This document shows positions 1 to 9,006 of a DNA stretch of 20,000 nucleotides, in pieces. Origin of the DNA: an uncultured virus (IMG/VR IMGVR_UViG_3300020371_000006) (lineage: Duplodnaviria; Heunggongvirae; Uroviricota; Caudoviricetes; Kyanoviridae); the IMG/VR virus record IMGVR_UViG_3300020371_000006. One strand, written 5' to 3'. The notes beneath the pieces are model-generated. The model was not told the origin of the DNA. It worked only from the letters and a program-made list of their open reading frames with translations, and did no database searches. Positions within the stretch are counted from its first letter, which is position 1. Each line of letters opens with the position of its first letter. The position numbers were made by a program, and so were the translations under genes.

Positions 1-74
1 TGCCAGCAGTCTGAAGATGTCAGGGGACCCTTGGTAAACTGTCCACTCTACGGGGACAGTCATCCATCACGCGC

Positions 75-80
75 TATAAT
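75..80 (+). promoter_or_regulatory. Sigma70-type -10 box upstream of ORF 87
   Basis: TATAAT at 75-80, preceded by AACTGTCCAC (37-46) and inverted repeat ACTGTCC/GGACAGT (38-44/54-60). Confidence 0.5.
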
Positions 81-86
81 TAGGAT

Positions 87-1280
87 ATGGCAAAGCAGAA
101 CACTCACCTAGAACACTTAGAAGACGACATCCTGAACCAAGGTTCAAATGGAGGCAGGAACGCTATTGCATTCCTCCGTGAACTTGGCAAGATGCTGTCT
201 GAACCTGACTCTGGTATCCGTATTACTACCAAGTGGGATGGTGCACCCGCTGTTATCTGTGGTCAGCATCCTGAGACTAAAGATTTTTTTGTTGGCACCA
301 AGGGTGTATTTGCTAAGACTCCCAAGATCTGTATGAGTGATAAGGATGTTGACCTTCTCTACAGTGGTGAACTGGCAAACAAACTCAAGACTTGTCTTCG
401 TGAACTTCCCAAACTAGGTATCACTGGTGTGGTACAGGGAGATCTTCTGTTCACTAAAGGTGATGTGAAAACTCACAAGGTGAATGGTGAAGTGTGTAAT
501 ATCTTCCAACCAAACACTATCACCTATGCTGTTCCCCAGAAGAGTGAAATAGGTAAGAAGGTTGCAAACGCTAATATCGGTATTGTTTTTCACACTCGTT
601 ATACTGGTGGTCCTGAACTGCGTGATATGACTGCTAGTTTTGGTGTTAATGTTAATGCTTTCAAGAAAGTGAATAGCGTTGCTGTGTTCTCTTCTAACTT
701 CACTGATACTACTGGAGCATCTACCTTCACTGATAAGCAGAAGCGTGACTATGATGCTGCTGTAAACAAAGCAGAAGGTTCTCTCAAGCAGGCATCCAAG
801 TTCCTGGATGTTCTTAAGCAGACTGGAGATGGTAAGTTCCTGCTGTCTGCTATGTTCAAAGTGTACTTCAACACCTACATCCGCAGAGGTGTGTCGATGA
901 GTTCCGCGCAGCAAGTTGCTCTTGGGTTTGCTGCATACTATAAGTCTGCACTGGACAAAGAGATCTCTACTAAGAAGACTGAGAGCACTAAGAACAAGTA
1001 TCGTAAGATCCAATCTGACGGTCTTAAGTTCATCAAGGCAAATTCTAAAGCGATATATATGACTGTTGCTTCATATATGAACTTAACCCAAGCGAAGACT
1101 ATGGTCATCCGCAGGTTGGAAGCAGTCAAAGATATTGGAACTTATATCAAAACAGATAAAGGTTTCAGAGTGACTGCACCAGAAGGTTTTGTAGCGATCA
1201 AATCAGGTTCTGCCCTAAAACTTGTTGATCGTTTGGAGTTCTCCCGCGCTAATTTCACGGTAGAGAAGAATTGGGGCTAA
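87..1280 (+). CDS. Conserved cyanophage protein with ligase/capping-type nucleotidyltransferase motifs (DUF6267-like)
   Basis: 397 aa ORF; TTKWDG (motif I KxDG), QGDL, EGFV and KLV resemble ligase-superfamily motifs I, III, IV and V; lies directly upstream of the cytidyltransferase. Confidence 0.65.
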   Translation: MAKQNTHLEHLEDDILNQGSNGGRNAIAFLRELGKMLSEPDSGIRITTKWDGAPAVICGQHPETKDFFVGTKGVFAKTPKICMSDKDVDLLYSGELANKLKTCLRELPKLGITGVVQGDLLFTKGDVKTHKVNGEVCNIFQPNTITYAVPQKSEIGKKVANANIGIVFHTRYTGGPELRDMTASFGVNVNAFKKVNSVAVFSSNFTDTTGASTFTDKQKRDYDAAVNKAEGSLKQASKFLDVLKQTGDGKFLLSAMFKVYFNTYIRRGVSMSSAQQVALGFAAYYKSALDKEISTKKTESTKNKYRKIQSDGLKFIKANSKAIYMTVASYMNLTQAKTMVIRRLEAVKDIGTYIKTDKGFRVTAPEGFVAIKSGSALKLVDRLEFSRANFTVEKNWG

Positions 1281-1286
1281 TAAATA
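1279..1286 (+). promoter_or_regulatory. T4-like late promoter
   Basis: AATAAATA, intergenic, matching the T4 late consensus TATAAATA at 7/8. Confidence 0.7.
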
Positions 1287-1309
1287 TATAAGGAAACACG
1301 CATACTATA

Positions 1310-2461
1310 ATGAAATTCACCGAGTTCCTGTCTGAAGCAAGGACTGTTGCGGGTGACGCAGCAGCGAAACGTGGACTTCAACACGTCGGTCACGGTTACT
1401 ATGCTGATAGAAGTGGCAACATTGTTGCTAAGTCTGAAAAAGGTCAGCGCCTAGTTGCTGTGGATAAAAGTGAGGCACAAGCAGCACAAGCGGGTGTCGA
1501 ACAAGGAGACCAAGAAGATGCTCATCTCACAAGTGGTGAGGGTCTAGGAACTGTGGCGATTACATTCGGTCGTTTCAACCCGCCTACTATTGGGCACGAG
1601 AAACTTCTGGATGCTGTGGCAAAGGAAGGTGTTGATAATTATCGCATCTATCCTTCTCGTACGGTTGATCCTAAGAAGAATCCGCTGGAACCTGAAATTA
1701 AGGTTAAGTTTATGAACGAGATGTACCCGAGTCACTCGGATGCAATCGTCAATGACAGTGGTATGTCCAACATCTTCAATGTGATGGTGGCACTTCAGGA
1801 CGAGGGTTACACTGGTGTTACTCTGGTTGTTGGATCTGATCGCGTTTCTGAATTCAAATCTCTCCTTGAGAAATATAATGGTCAGGCATATGAGTTTGAA
1901 GAACTCAATGTTGTTTCTGCTGGCGATCGTGACCCAGATGCTGAAGGTGTAGAAGGTATGTCTGCATCTAAGATGCGAGCGTTTGCTGCATCAGGTGATC
2001 TTGAGTCATTCACGGAAGGAGTTCCTGGCGGCAATGCTGCCATTGCAAAGCGCCTGATGAATGAGGTCCGTAAGGGTATGGGTATTTCTGAGGAGGAACA
2101 GGTTGCTGCTGAGATGTGGGAGATTGCTCCTAAACTTGCACAACAAGATCTCCGCGAAGCATACTTCCAGAAAGATGTGTTTGAGGTTGGTCAACTGGTT
2201 GAGCATATGGACACAGGTGTCCGTGGTACAGTCACGGTCCGTGGTGCAAACTATGTGATCTACGAGACCGCAGAAGGTTATGTGTTTAAGAGTTGGTTGC
2301 AGCACATTGCTGAGGTAACTGAGAAGGAGAAGCATCATTCTGCTGATGATGGCAGTGGTAACGATTGGAAAGTTGGCACTGATACATACAGAAAAGCAGT
2401 ACAGGAAATGACTCCTGGTCAGTCGGTGAAGAAATTCAGCGACTTCCGAAAGTCTAAATAG
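1310..2461 (+). CDS. Cytidyltransferase-like (HIGH-motif nucleotidyltransferase)
   Basis: FGRFNPPTIGHEKL (HIGH-type motif), LVVGSDR and MSASKMR motifs; AAGGA RBS upstream. Confidence 0.85.
   Translation: MKFTEFLSEARTVAGDAAAKRGLQHVGHGYYADRSGNIVAKSEKGQRLVAVDKSEAQAAQAGVEQGDQEDAHLTSGEGLGTVAITFGRFNPPTIGHEKLLDAVAKEGVDNYRIYPSRTVDPKKNPLEPEIKVKFMNEMYPSHSDAIVNDSGMSNIFNVMVALQDEGYTGVTLVVGSDRVSEFKSLLEKYNGQAYEFEELNVVSAGDRDPDAEGVEGMSASKMRAFAASGDLESFTEGVPGGNAAIAKRLMNEVRKGMGISEEEQVAAEMWEIAPKLAQQDLREAYFQKDVFEVGQLVEHMDTGVRGTVTVRGANYVIYETAEGYVFKSWLQHIAEVTEKEKHHSADDGSGNDWKVGTDTYRKAVQEMTPGQSVKKFSDFRKSK
2454..2460 (+). promoter_or_regulatory. T4-like late promoter (variant)
   Basis: CTAAATA overlapping the upstream stop, 28 nt before ATG 2489. 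Confidence 0.55.
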
Positions 2462-2488
2462 TATTACGAAAAAAACGGTTAGTAAAGA

Positions 2489-4018
2489 ATGGACATCAAT
2501 CTTGCTAGTAAACTGGTAGCGTTTCCTCCTGAGGATGTGCAGCGTGTAACATATGTCGTAGACTACGCTCAGCACAACTTCTCTGGTGATGCTATCCACG
2601 GTTATATCAAGGAGCACCTTGAGTCTGATCGTCTCATCGGCATCGCAGATGTCATTCTTGAGAATCGGAATATGGCAACCATTAAGGCAAAGCCTTCCGA
2701 TGCGTCAGGCAAAATTGACACCGTAAAAGAAAAGGGATCTACAGAGGGTCCTGTCACTGCAACTCAGAATTCTGTAAAAGCAAAGGGTAAACCTGTTGCG
2801 AGTTGCTGTGAAGAAAATGAGATCGAAGAAGGTCTCAAGCAAGCACGTAAGAACGTTGGCGCAGGCAAGTGCTGGGATGGTTACAAAGCCAAAGGCACTA
2901 AGATGAAGGACGGTAAAGAAGTTCCTAACTGTGTCAAGGAATCTGAAGAATGGATGTGGGATCTGGTTGACGAACTGCAGGAAGAGTTCGACAGTCTCAC
3001 TGACGAAGATCTGGAAGACATCATTGTTGAAGCACTGGTTGACCTAGAAGACGAAGCACTGCTGCAAGAAGCGTGTGAAATGTTTGGTGAACTGGAACTT
3101 CTCTCTGAGGACTATTACGATTCTGCCGTTAAGGCATCTAAGGATAGCGCAAAGCGCATTGCAAGAGGCAAGCGTGTTGAGCGTCTGAAATCTGCCGCAG
3201 GTCGTGTTGGTTCTGCTCTTAAGTCTGGTGCCTCTAAGGCAGGTGCAGCAGTTAAATCTGGTGCTGCCAAGGCAGGCGAAGCTGCTAAGAAAGCAGCACC
3301 TAAAGTAAAGGCAGCAGTTAAGTCTGGTGCTAAGAGTGCTATTGGTGCCGCTGGTAAAGCAGCGGGTCACGCTGTTGGTTCATACCAAGCAGCGAGAATC
3401 AAAGCAAAGCGTGATGGGTTGAGCAAGTCGAAACCCGCAGCAAAGAAACCTGAAGCAAAATCAGGAGATGGAGATAAGACTGGTGGCAAACTTGATGGTT
3501 TGCTAAAGTCTATTAGAGGTGGATCCTCATCTTCTTCTGGTTCTAGTTCTTCTGGTGGTTCCTCCAGTTCCTCTGGTTCATCTAGTTCCTCCTCTTCCGC
3601 TCCCACTTCTACTGGTGGTGCTAAGGAAGGTGGTACTAAGAAGAAGTCTCTCCTCCGCCGTGCAGTTGGCGCTGTGGGTAGAGGCATCAAGAAAGTCGTC
3701 GGCAAGACGGCACGTGCAGTATCCTCTGGATCCGACAAAGTTGCACGTAAACTTGGAGAACAATCTATGGAATCACGCACCGATCGTGTCCGCCGCGTTC
3801 TTGCAATGCAGGAAACCGCAGACCACGACAAGACAACACTTCGCGATCCCGAAGGCATCTCCTGGAGAGATCGTCTCGGTATGCAAATCGAAGAGAAGAC
3901 CCCTGCTCAGAAGGCAAAGGCAGCTGCACTTGCCAAGTCCAAAGAACTTACTAACCAAGGTAAGCATAAGGAAGCATCCGAAGTCTTCAAGAAAGCATTC
4001 CCTAACTTTGGTAAGTGA
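2489..4018 (+). CDS. Hypothetical virion/internal head protein with acidic, Lys/Ala-rich and Ser/Gly-rich blocks
   Basis: 509 aa ORF after a late promoter; modular blocks separated by hydrophobic-x-E sites; [22 protein letters not shown] module. Confidence 0.65.
   Translation: MDINLASKLVAFPPEDVQRVTYVVDYAQHNFSGDAIHGYIKEHLESDRLIGIADVILENRNMATIKAKPSDASGKIDTVKEKGSTEGPVTATQNSVKAKGKPVASCCEENEIEEGLKQARKNVGAGKCWDGYKAKGTKMKDGKEVPNCVKESEEWMWDLVDELQEEFDSLTDEDLEDIIVEALVDLEDEALLQEACEMFGELELLSEDYYDSAVKASKDSAKRIARGKRVERLKSAAGRVGSALKSGASKAGAAVKSGAAKAGEAAKKAAPKVKAAVKSGAKSAIGAAGKAAGHAVGSYQAARIKAKRDGLSKSKPAAKKPEAKSGDGDKTGGKLDGLLKSIRGGSSSSSGSSSSGGSSSSSGSSSSSSSAPTSTGGAKEGGTKKKSLLRRAVGAVGRGIKKVVGKTARAVSSGSDKVARKLGEQSMESRTDRVRRVLAMQETADHDKTTLRDPEGISWRDRLGMQIEEKTPAQKAKAAALAKSKELTNQGKHKEASEVFKKAFPNFGK
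3518..3618 (+). repeat. Low-complexity Ser/Gly coding tract
   Basis: Degenerate TCN/GGT repeats encoding [34 protein letters not shown]. Confidence 0.7.
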
Positions 4019-4464
4019 TGGGCAAGAAAACTAAGATTATTATCAACCCTAAAAAGCAAGATCTGATGAAAGAATCCATCCGCACACTGCTCGCTGCAGA
4101 ATTAGCAACCCTGAAAGAAGCATCCAAGAAGCGTCTGGATCCTGTGGGTAAAGAAGACAAGGACATCGACAATGACGGTGACCACGATAAGTCTGACAAG
4201 TACCTGCTGAATCGTCGTAAGACGATCTCTAAAGCAATGGGTAAGAAAACTCATATCTGTGCATCACACTGTGAGCACGCTGAGTATGGCGTTTGCCAAA
4301 CCATCCCTGAGCAACACACCTTGGTGGAGTTGGCAGAACCTGATGCAGATGGTAACACCCATTTCGTAACTCATTACGATCTCATTGATGAGCAAGGTAA
4401 CATTCACGAGAACGTTGCTGTTGAAGATCTTGAGATCATCCTCGAAGCATCGCACAAGCACTGA
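4015..4464 (+). CDS. Hypothetical protein, probably virion-associated
   Basis: 149 aa ORF overlapping the upstream stop (start may be ATG 4018); [24 protein letters not shown] acidic loop and His/Cys-rich C-terminal half. Confidence 0.7.
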   Translation: MMGKKTKIIINPKKQDLMKESIRTLLAAELATLKEASKKRLDPVGKEDKDIDNDGDHDKSDKYLLNRRKTISKAMGKKTHICASHCEHAEYGVCQTIPEQHTLVELAEPDADGNTHFVTHYDLIDEQGNIHENVAVEDLEIILEASHKH

Positions 4465-5198
4465 TGTATAGTTTCTCTGAATACCAATCCCTCGATGAGG
4501 GTAAGAAGAAAGGTTTGTGGGCAAACATCCACGCCAAGCGTAAGCGTGGTGAACGTCCTGCTCGTCCTGGTGAGAAGGATTATCCCAAGACTCTCAACGT
4601 AGAAGAGGTTGAGCAGGTTGAAGAGGGTAAATCTTCTCGTCCTATGGGAGTTATGCATCATTTTGCCCGTGGTGTGAAGCAGAAGAGAGGTGCTAAGAGC
4701 AATGAGGGTGATGGTAAGTATGTGAGGATGCAGACTACCAAAAAACAAAATAAGAAATCAGCAGATGCTGATGCTCATAGAGAAAAGCAAAAAAATGAGC
4801 GTGGTTTGACAATGTACCCTGAAGGGTATGCTCCTGGTGATGTGGACCAGAAAGTTGGTGCCGTCACTTCTATTCCTAAGAAAGAACAGGAAGCAGCAAG
4901 AAAGCGTTTGCTTGCTAAAGCAGCAGCAAAGCGCAAGTCAAAGGAGTCTAAGTGCGAAGAAGTTGAGCACATCAACGAGGAAGAGTACGATAGGATGCGT
5001 GATCGCAAACTTGAGAAGTATGGCTCAGGTTATAGATCTGCTGGTAATCGTCGCTACACCGCTAGATCTGGTGGCACTCAACCCAAACCAATGCCCAAGA
5101 AGAAGGATGGTCCTTCCGCTCTGGACATCGTAAAGGGTGAGATCGAGAAGAAGTATGGCAAAGGTGCCATTATGGATACCTCAAAGAAGAAGAAATAA
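4464..5198 (+). CDS. Hypothetical basic protein, probable internal head protein
   Basis: TGATG coupling; N-terminus [12 protein letters not shown]; Lys/Arg-rich modules separated by LDE/VEE/INE sites. Confidence 0.7.
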   Translation: MYSFSEYQSLDEGKKKGLWANIHAKRKRGERPARPGEKDYPKTLNVEEVEQVEEGKSSRPMGVMHHFARGVKQKRGAKSNEGDGKYVRMQTTKKQNKKSADADAHREKQKNERGLTMYPEGYAPGDVDQKVGAVTSIPKKEQEAARKRLLAKAAAKRKSKESKCEEVEHINEEEYDRMRDRKLEKYGSGYRSAGNRRYTARSGGTQPKPMPKKKDGPSALDIVKGEIEKKYGKGAIMDTSKKKK

Positions 5199-5232
5199 GC
5201 ATATATAAGATAGACCCATATGGTGTATCGCT

Positions 5233-5436
5233 ATGCTATCATTTCTTCTCCCTTTCGCCTACAAAATTGTAGACGCCGCTGTCGCTAAGATTCCTGATGA
5301 TGAGGAACTCGGTGACAAACTGATCGAAATCTGCCTTGTTATTCTTGGCAAAGCAGTCAAACTGACTAAGACAGATATGGATGACAAACTGCTTGAAGCA
5401 GTGACTAAAGCAGTCCGCACTCGCGAAGGCGAGTAA
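5233..5436 (+). CDS. Small hypothetical protein
   Basis: 67 aa ORF filling the gap, followed by a terminator. Confidence 0.7.
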   Translation: MLSFLLPFAYKIVDAAVAKIPDDEELGDKLIEICLVILGKAVKLTKTDMDDKLLEAVTKAVRTREGE

Positions 5437-5439
5437 TGC

Positions 5440-5465
5440 AAAGGGGACCCGAGTGGTCCCTTTTT
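5440..5465 (+). terminator. Rho-independent terminator
   Basis: GGGACC-CGAGT-GGTCCC followed by TTTTT. Confidence 0.75.
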
Positions 5466-5471
5466 CATTTA

Positions 5472-5479
5472 CATAAATA
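5472..5479 (+). promoter_or_regulatory. T4-like late promoter
   Basis: CATAAATA immediately after the terminator. Confidence 0.7.
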
Positions 5480-5515
5480 ACATATAGGAAACTCAATCGT
5501 AGAGGACAAACAACA

Positions 5516-6301
5516 ATGGCAATCTTCGGAAAAATTGATGCCGCGACCTTCTCTAACAATGTTGCCGTCACCAATGGCGATGCCACTGTTACGAAGAACG
5601 CTGCAGATACAGTAGTAGTTGGAGATGTGTTGGAACTTGGTGGTGTCGCGTACATCGTTAAGCAAGTTAATAGCACAACTTCTATCGAACTGCACAAGAA
5701 CTATGCAGGTAGCACCGCTGCTGCTCTGTCTGGCGCAGTCCGCAGAACTCCCCCTAAAGCAGTCGCAGAATATGTGATCAAGGGTGGCGACAGCAACTCT
5801 GATTACCAACTCGTATTTGTTGATACCACTGAAGATGGTATTGCATCTAACAAGTCACGTGGAATCGATGGACCTGGTTGGTGGTTGTATAGAACATACA
5901 ACACAGCAGAAGGAACCACACGTCATAAGGCAGAAAAACTTGCAGCACTTAGAGTTGCAGTAGGTACATCTGGTGACGTTGCTGATGAAACAGTGGCAGC
6001 AGACGTGCTTGAGACCATTACTATTGGTACTCAACCTGCTAACCAGAACACTTCTTCGGGTGCAGCAACATTCACTGTCGCAGCAACTGTGGATCAGTCT
6101 GGTACTATCACTTATCAGTGGCAGAAGAGAACATCTTCCGCTGGAAGATTCGCTAATGTGTCTGGTGCAACCAGTGCATCTCTCGTACTCTCTGGACAGA
6201 CTGCTGCTAACGACGGCAACCAGTACAGAGTTAAAATTAACTCTAGCAAGGGTGCTGCTGAAGTCGTAAGTAGTGTTGCTACTCTGACTTTCGTCTCTTG
6301 A
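5516..6301 (+). CDS. Virion structural protein with C-terminal Ig-like domain
   Basis: GAGGA RBS; Ala/Thr/Val-rich; C-terminal ITIGTQP...FTVAA...TYQWQK...YRVKI pattern typical of phage Ig-like folds. Confidence 0.7.
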   Translation: MAIFGKIDAATFSNNVAVTNGDATVTKNAADTVVVGDVLELGGVAYIVKQVNSTTSIELHKNYAGSTAAALSGAVRRTPPKAVAEYVIKGGDSNSDYQLVFVDTTEDGIASNKSRGIDGPGWWLYRTYNTAEGTTRHKAEKLAALRVAVGTSGDVADETVAADVLETITIGTQPANQNTSSGAATFTVAATVDQSGTITYQWQKRTSSAGRFANVSGATSASLVLSGQTAANDGNQYRVKINSSKGAAEVVSSVATLTFVS

Positions 6302-6321
6302 TTTTTAACCTATAATTTGTT

Positions 6322-6693
6322 ATGCATTTTGGTAGTCTCACAGCGGACAACTTTATGATGTTCGCTATGAAACATTATGACAATCCCCAGTCTGTCACAT
6401 ACGATGATTTTCTAGAAGATATGATGCGCTTCAAATATTTGAAGCGTCTCTTCGGAAGGTATGTAAAGACTGGGGTATTGCGTAATCATTTGATATTGAA
6501 CCACTTAATTGTGCTGTTCAATGTCTTCGGTGATGCTGCCATACCTTTGTTAGTGTATAAATTAGAGAAGCAGTATTGGGAAATCCTCAAAACATATGTT
6601 TTGTATCTCAATATGTACCCCGAAGCGGGGTGTGGAACGCTAGACTTTGTAGAAATTGATCCACACATTAGTAAACAACTAAGTGAACTATAA
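6322..6693 (+). CDS. Conserved T4-like phage hypothetical protein
   Basis: 123 aa ORF; FAMKHYDNP...RFKYLKRLF...LILNHLIVLFNVFG resembles a family common upstream of primase in T4-like phages. Confidence 0.75.
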   Translation: MHFGSLTADNFMMFAMKHYDNPQSVTYDDFLEDMMRFKYLKRLFGRYVKTGVLRNHLILNHLIVLFNVFGDAAIPLLVYKLEKQYWEILKTYVLYLNMYPEAGCGTLDFVEIDPHISKQLSEL

Positions 6694-6704
6694 CGAGGTT
6701 TCAA

Positions 6705-7619
6705 ATGGGTAAGAATTACGACTATCCTTTGTATGCTCCTTACACAAAGGTAGATGAATTTCATAAAAACAAACAGAACCTCGACGAGATTGCACCTGTC
6801 GTTGCTGGTGCTGCTAAGGCAGCGGCAGTTGGCGCAAAGGTGATTGGTAAAGTTGCAGCAAGAGGTGCTGTAGCTGCTACCAAAGCTGCTGGCAAAGGCG
6901 TTAGAGCAGTTGGCAAAAGCACAAAGAAGGCAGTCAAGAATACTGCGAAGGAAGTAGGTAGCACTATGGCTCAAGCAGAGTTGGCACGTCAGGTAAAGAA
7001 GCAGCAGGAAACAGAGAACATCCAAGAACGTGGTGATTTCTGGCATCCCGATCCAGATAAGGATCGTAAGTTGGGTGGACCTGGTGCTAACCAACGTGCT
7101 CGTGAAGACCGTGCTTCATCATCCAAACCCAAGAAAGACTACAGTAAGTCTCTGAAACCTGGTGAATCTTATATGGATTATGCCAAGCGTAAGAGGAGAG
7201 AGAAACTGAAGGAAGAGGGTGCACCCACTATGAATACTGGCACCGCTAATGGTGCTGCTGGTTTCAGTGCAGGTGCAGATGAGAATGGACCCACAGCAGG
7301 TCTGGACGCACCCCTTGGTGGTACTGCTAAGCAACCGAAAGGCAAGGGTGGCAAAGTTAAGAAGAGAAAATTTAAGTGCCGTAAGGCAGATGATGGTATC
7401 CATCAGGTATGCGAGGGAAAATCCGATCCCAGACATCTCGCATTCAAAGTTGAATTAGATGATATTGATTTTATCTTCTACGGGAAGTCTCCCGCAGATG
7501 TGAAGATTGCACTTCGTAAGATCTATAGACCAGAAAGACTGAAGTCTATGAAGATCACACGTGTGCTTCCTGGCGAAGTTCTGAAATATTACTGGGACAA
7601 GCGACAAGGAGCAATGTGA
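6705..7619 (+). CDS. Hypothetical modular basic protein, probably virion-associated
   Basis: 304 aa ORF, GAGG RBS; Ala/Lys-rich modules bounded by LDE, IQE, LKE and VCE. Confidence 0.7.
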   Translation: MGKNYDYPLYAPYTKVDEFHKNKQNLDEIAPVVAGAAKAAAVGAKVIGKVAARGAVAATKAAGKGVRAVGKSTKKAVKNTAKEVGSTMAQAELARQVKKQQETENIQERGDFWHPDPDKDRKLGGPGANQRAREDRASSSKPKKDYSKSLKPGESYMDYAKRKRREKLKEEGAPTMNTGTANGAAGFSAGADENGPTAGLDAPLGGTAKQPKGKGGKVKKRKFKCRKADDGIHQVCEGKSDPRHLAFKVELDDIDFIFYGKSPADVKIALRKIYRPERLKSMKITRVLPGEVLKYYWDKRQGAM

Positions 7620-8011
7620 TGCTTGGTTTAGGAAAACTAAACGTCCTGGAATCTAAACTTGATATTTACGAGGATCTCTCTAAGGAGATGCTGGACAAGT
7701 TAGAACGTGCTGTAGATAAAATCTCTGAGAACAGCAACAGAGTAGCAATCATTCTAGAGAGACACGAGTCTAGACTGGATGAGGGCGAGAAAACTAATGA
7801 AGCGATCCTAAAGTTGATCGAGAAAGTAGAACAAAAGATAGATGGTGTTGAGAACAGAGTTAATCAACTGTCTAGGTTCCGCTGGACTGCTGTGGGTATC
7901 GGTATCGCATTGATCACCACCCTGAAAGCGCCAGAGATTTTTAGTAACTTCTTGACACCAGGACAAAATTCATCTATGATTGAGAGCGTCAGAGTAGAAC
8001 GTCTCGGATGA
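7616..8011 (+). CDS. Hypothetical coiled-coil protein with C-terminal hydrophobic segment
   Basis: 131 aa ORF overlapping both neighbours; heptad-rich body then WTAVGIGIALITTL (start could be ATG 7619). Confidence 0.7.
   Translation: MMLGLGKLNVLESKLDIYEDLSKEMLDKLERAVDKISENSNRVAIILERHESRLDEGEKTNEAILKLIEKVEQKIDGVENRVNQLSRFRWTAVGIGIALITTLKAPEIFSNFLTPGQNSSMIESVRVERLG
7952..7980 (+). promoter_or_regulatory. Sigma70-type promoter for primase-nrdAB
   Basis: TTGACA (7952-7957), 17 nt spacer, TATGAT (7975-7980), 27 nt upstream of the primase ATG. Confidence 0.75.
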
Positions 8012-9006
8012 GTTATGTTGATGTCAAGTATGCTCGCCTTGTAGGCAGCAGACTAGACAATTTCAAAGAGAAAAAGTCAAACCTGTACAACTTTCGCTGC
8101 CCCTATTGCGGTGACTCTCAGAAGCAGAAGTCAAAAGCAAGGGGTTATTTCTTTGCGAAAGGAAATGACATCATCTATAAATGTCATAACTGTGGGGTTG
8201 GCAGAACACTTGGTAATTTCCTTAAGGATAATGCCAGGGATCTCTATGATCAATTTGTCCTGGAACGTTACAAGGATGGTTTGACTGGTAAAGCAACACG
8301 TGTTGCTAATCCATCACCTGAATTATTCAAGACCAAAACAAAGTTTAATTCCAGCACTAACCTCCCAACTCTTTCCTCACTAAATACCACACACCCAGCA
8401 CGGACCTATCTTGAACAACGTCAAATTCCTAGTGAAGCGTTTGACCGACTTTACTATGCAGACAAGTTCAAACGTTATGTCAATTCGCAAAAGCAGACGT
8501 TTGAAAATTTACAGAATGACCAACCCAGGATCATAATTCCACTCATTGACTTTGATGGAAAATGGTTTGGGATACAGGGAAGATCTCTGAATCCTAAATC
8601 TAAACTTCGTTACATCACTATTATTTACGATGAAACTAAACCCAAACTCTTCGGTCTCGACAAAGTGGACCTGTCAAGTCCTACCTACATCACTGAAGGA
8701 CCGTTGGATTCGCTCTTCATTCCAAACGCGATTGCTATGTGCGGAAGTGACGTTCATCTTGGTGACTGGGGCATTAGCAATAGGGTTTGGGTTTATGATA
8801 ACGAACCAAGGAACCCCCAAATCGTCGATAGAATCCGTCGAACAATCGATAGTGGCGACCCCGTAGTCATTTGGCCAAAGGGTATCAGACAAAAGGACCT
8901 CAATGATATGGTCCTTGCTGGACACAACGTACAAGACCTGATAGAATCTAACGTCTATCAAGGATTAGAAGCAAAACTAAAACTATCTCAGTGGAAAAGA
9001 GTATGA
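8008..9006 (+). CDS. gp61: DNA primase (T4 gp61 homolog)
   Basis: Zn finger NFRCPYCGDS...YKCHNCG; TOPRIM motifs YITEGPLDSLF, VYDNEPRN and KDLNDM. Confidence 0.95.
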   Translation: MSYVDVKYARLVGSRLDNFKEKKSNLYNFRCPYCGDSQKQKSKARGYFFAKGNDIIYKCHNCGVGRTLGNFLKDNARDLYDQFVLERYKDGLTGKATRVANPSPELFKTKTKFNSSTNLPTLSSLNTTHPARTYLEQRQIPSEAFDRLYYADKFKRYVNSQKQTFENLQNDQPRIIIPLIDFDGKWFGIQGRSLNPKSKLRYITIIYDETKPKLFGLDKVDLSSPTYITEGPLDSLFIPNAIAMCGSDVHLGDWGISNRVWVYDNEPRNPQIVDRIRRTIDSGDPVVIWPKGIRQKDLNDMVLAGHNVQDLIESNVYQGLEAKLKLSQWKRV

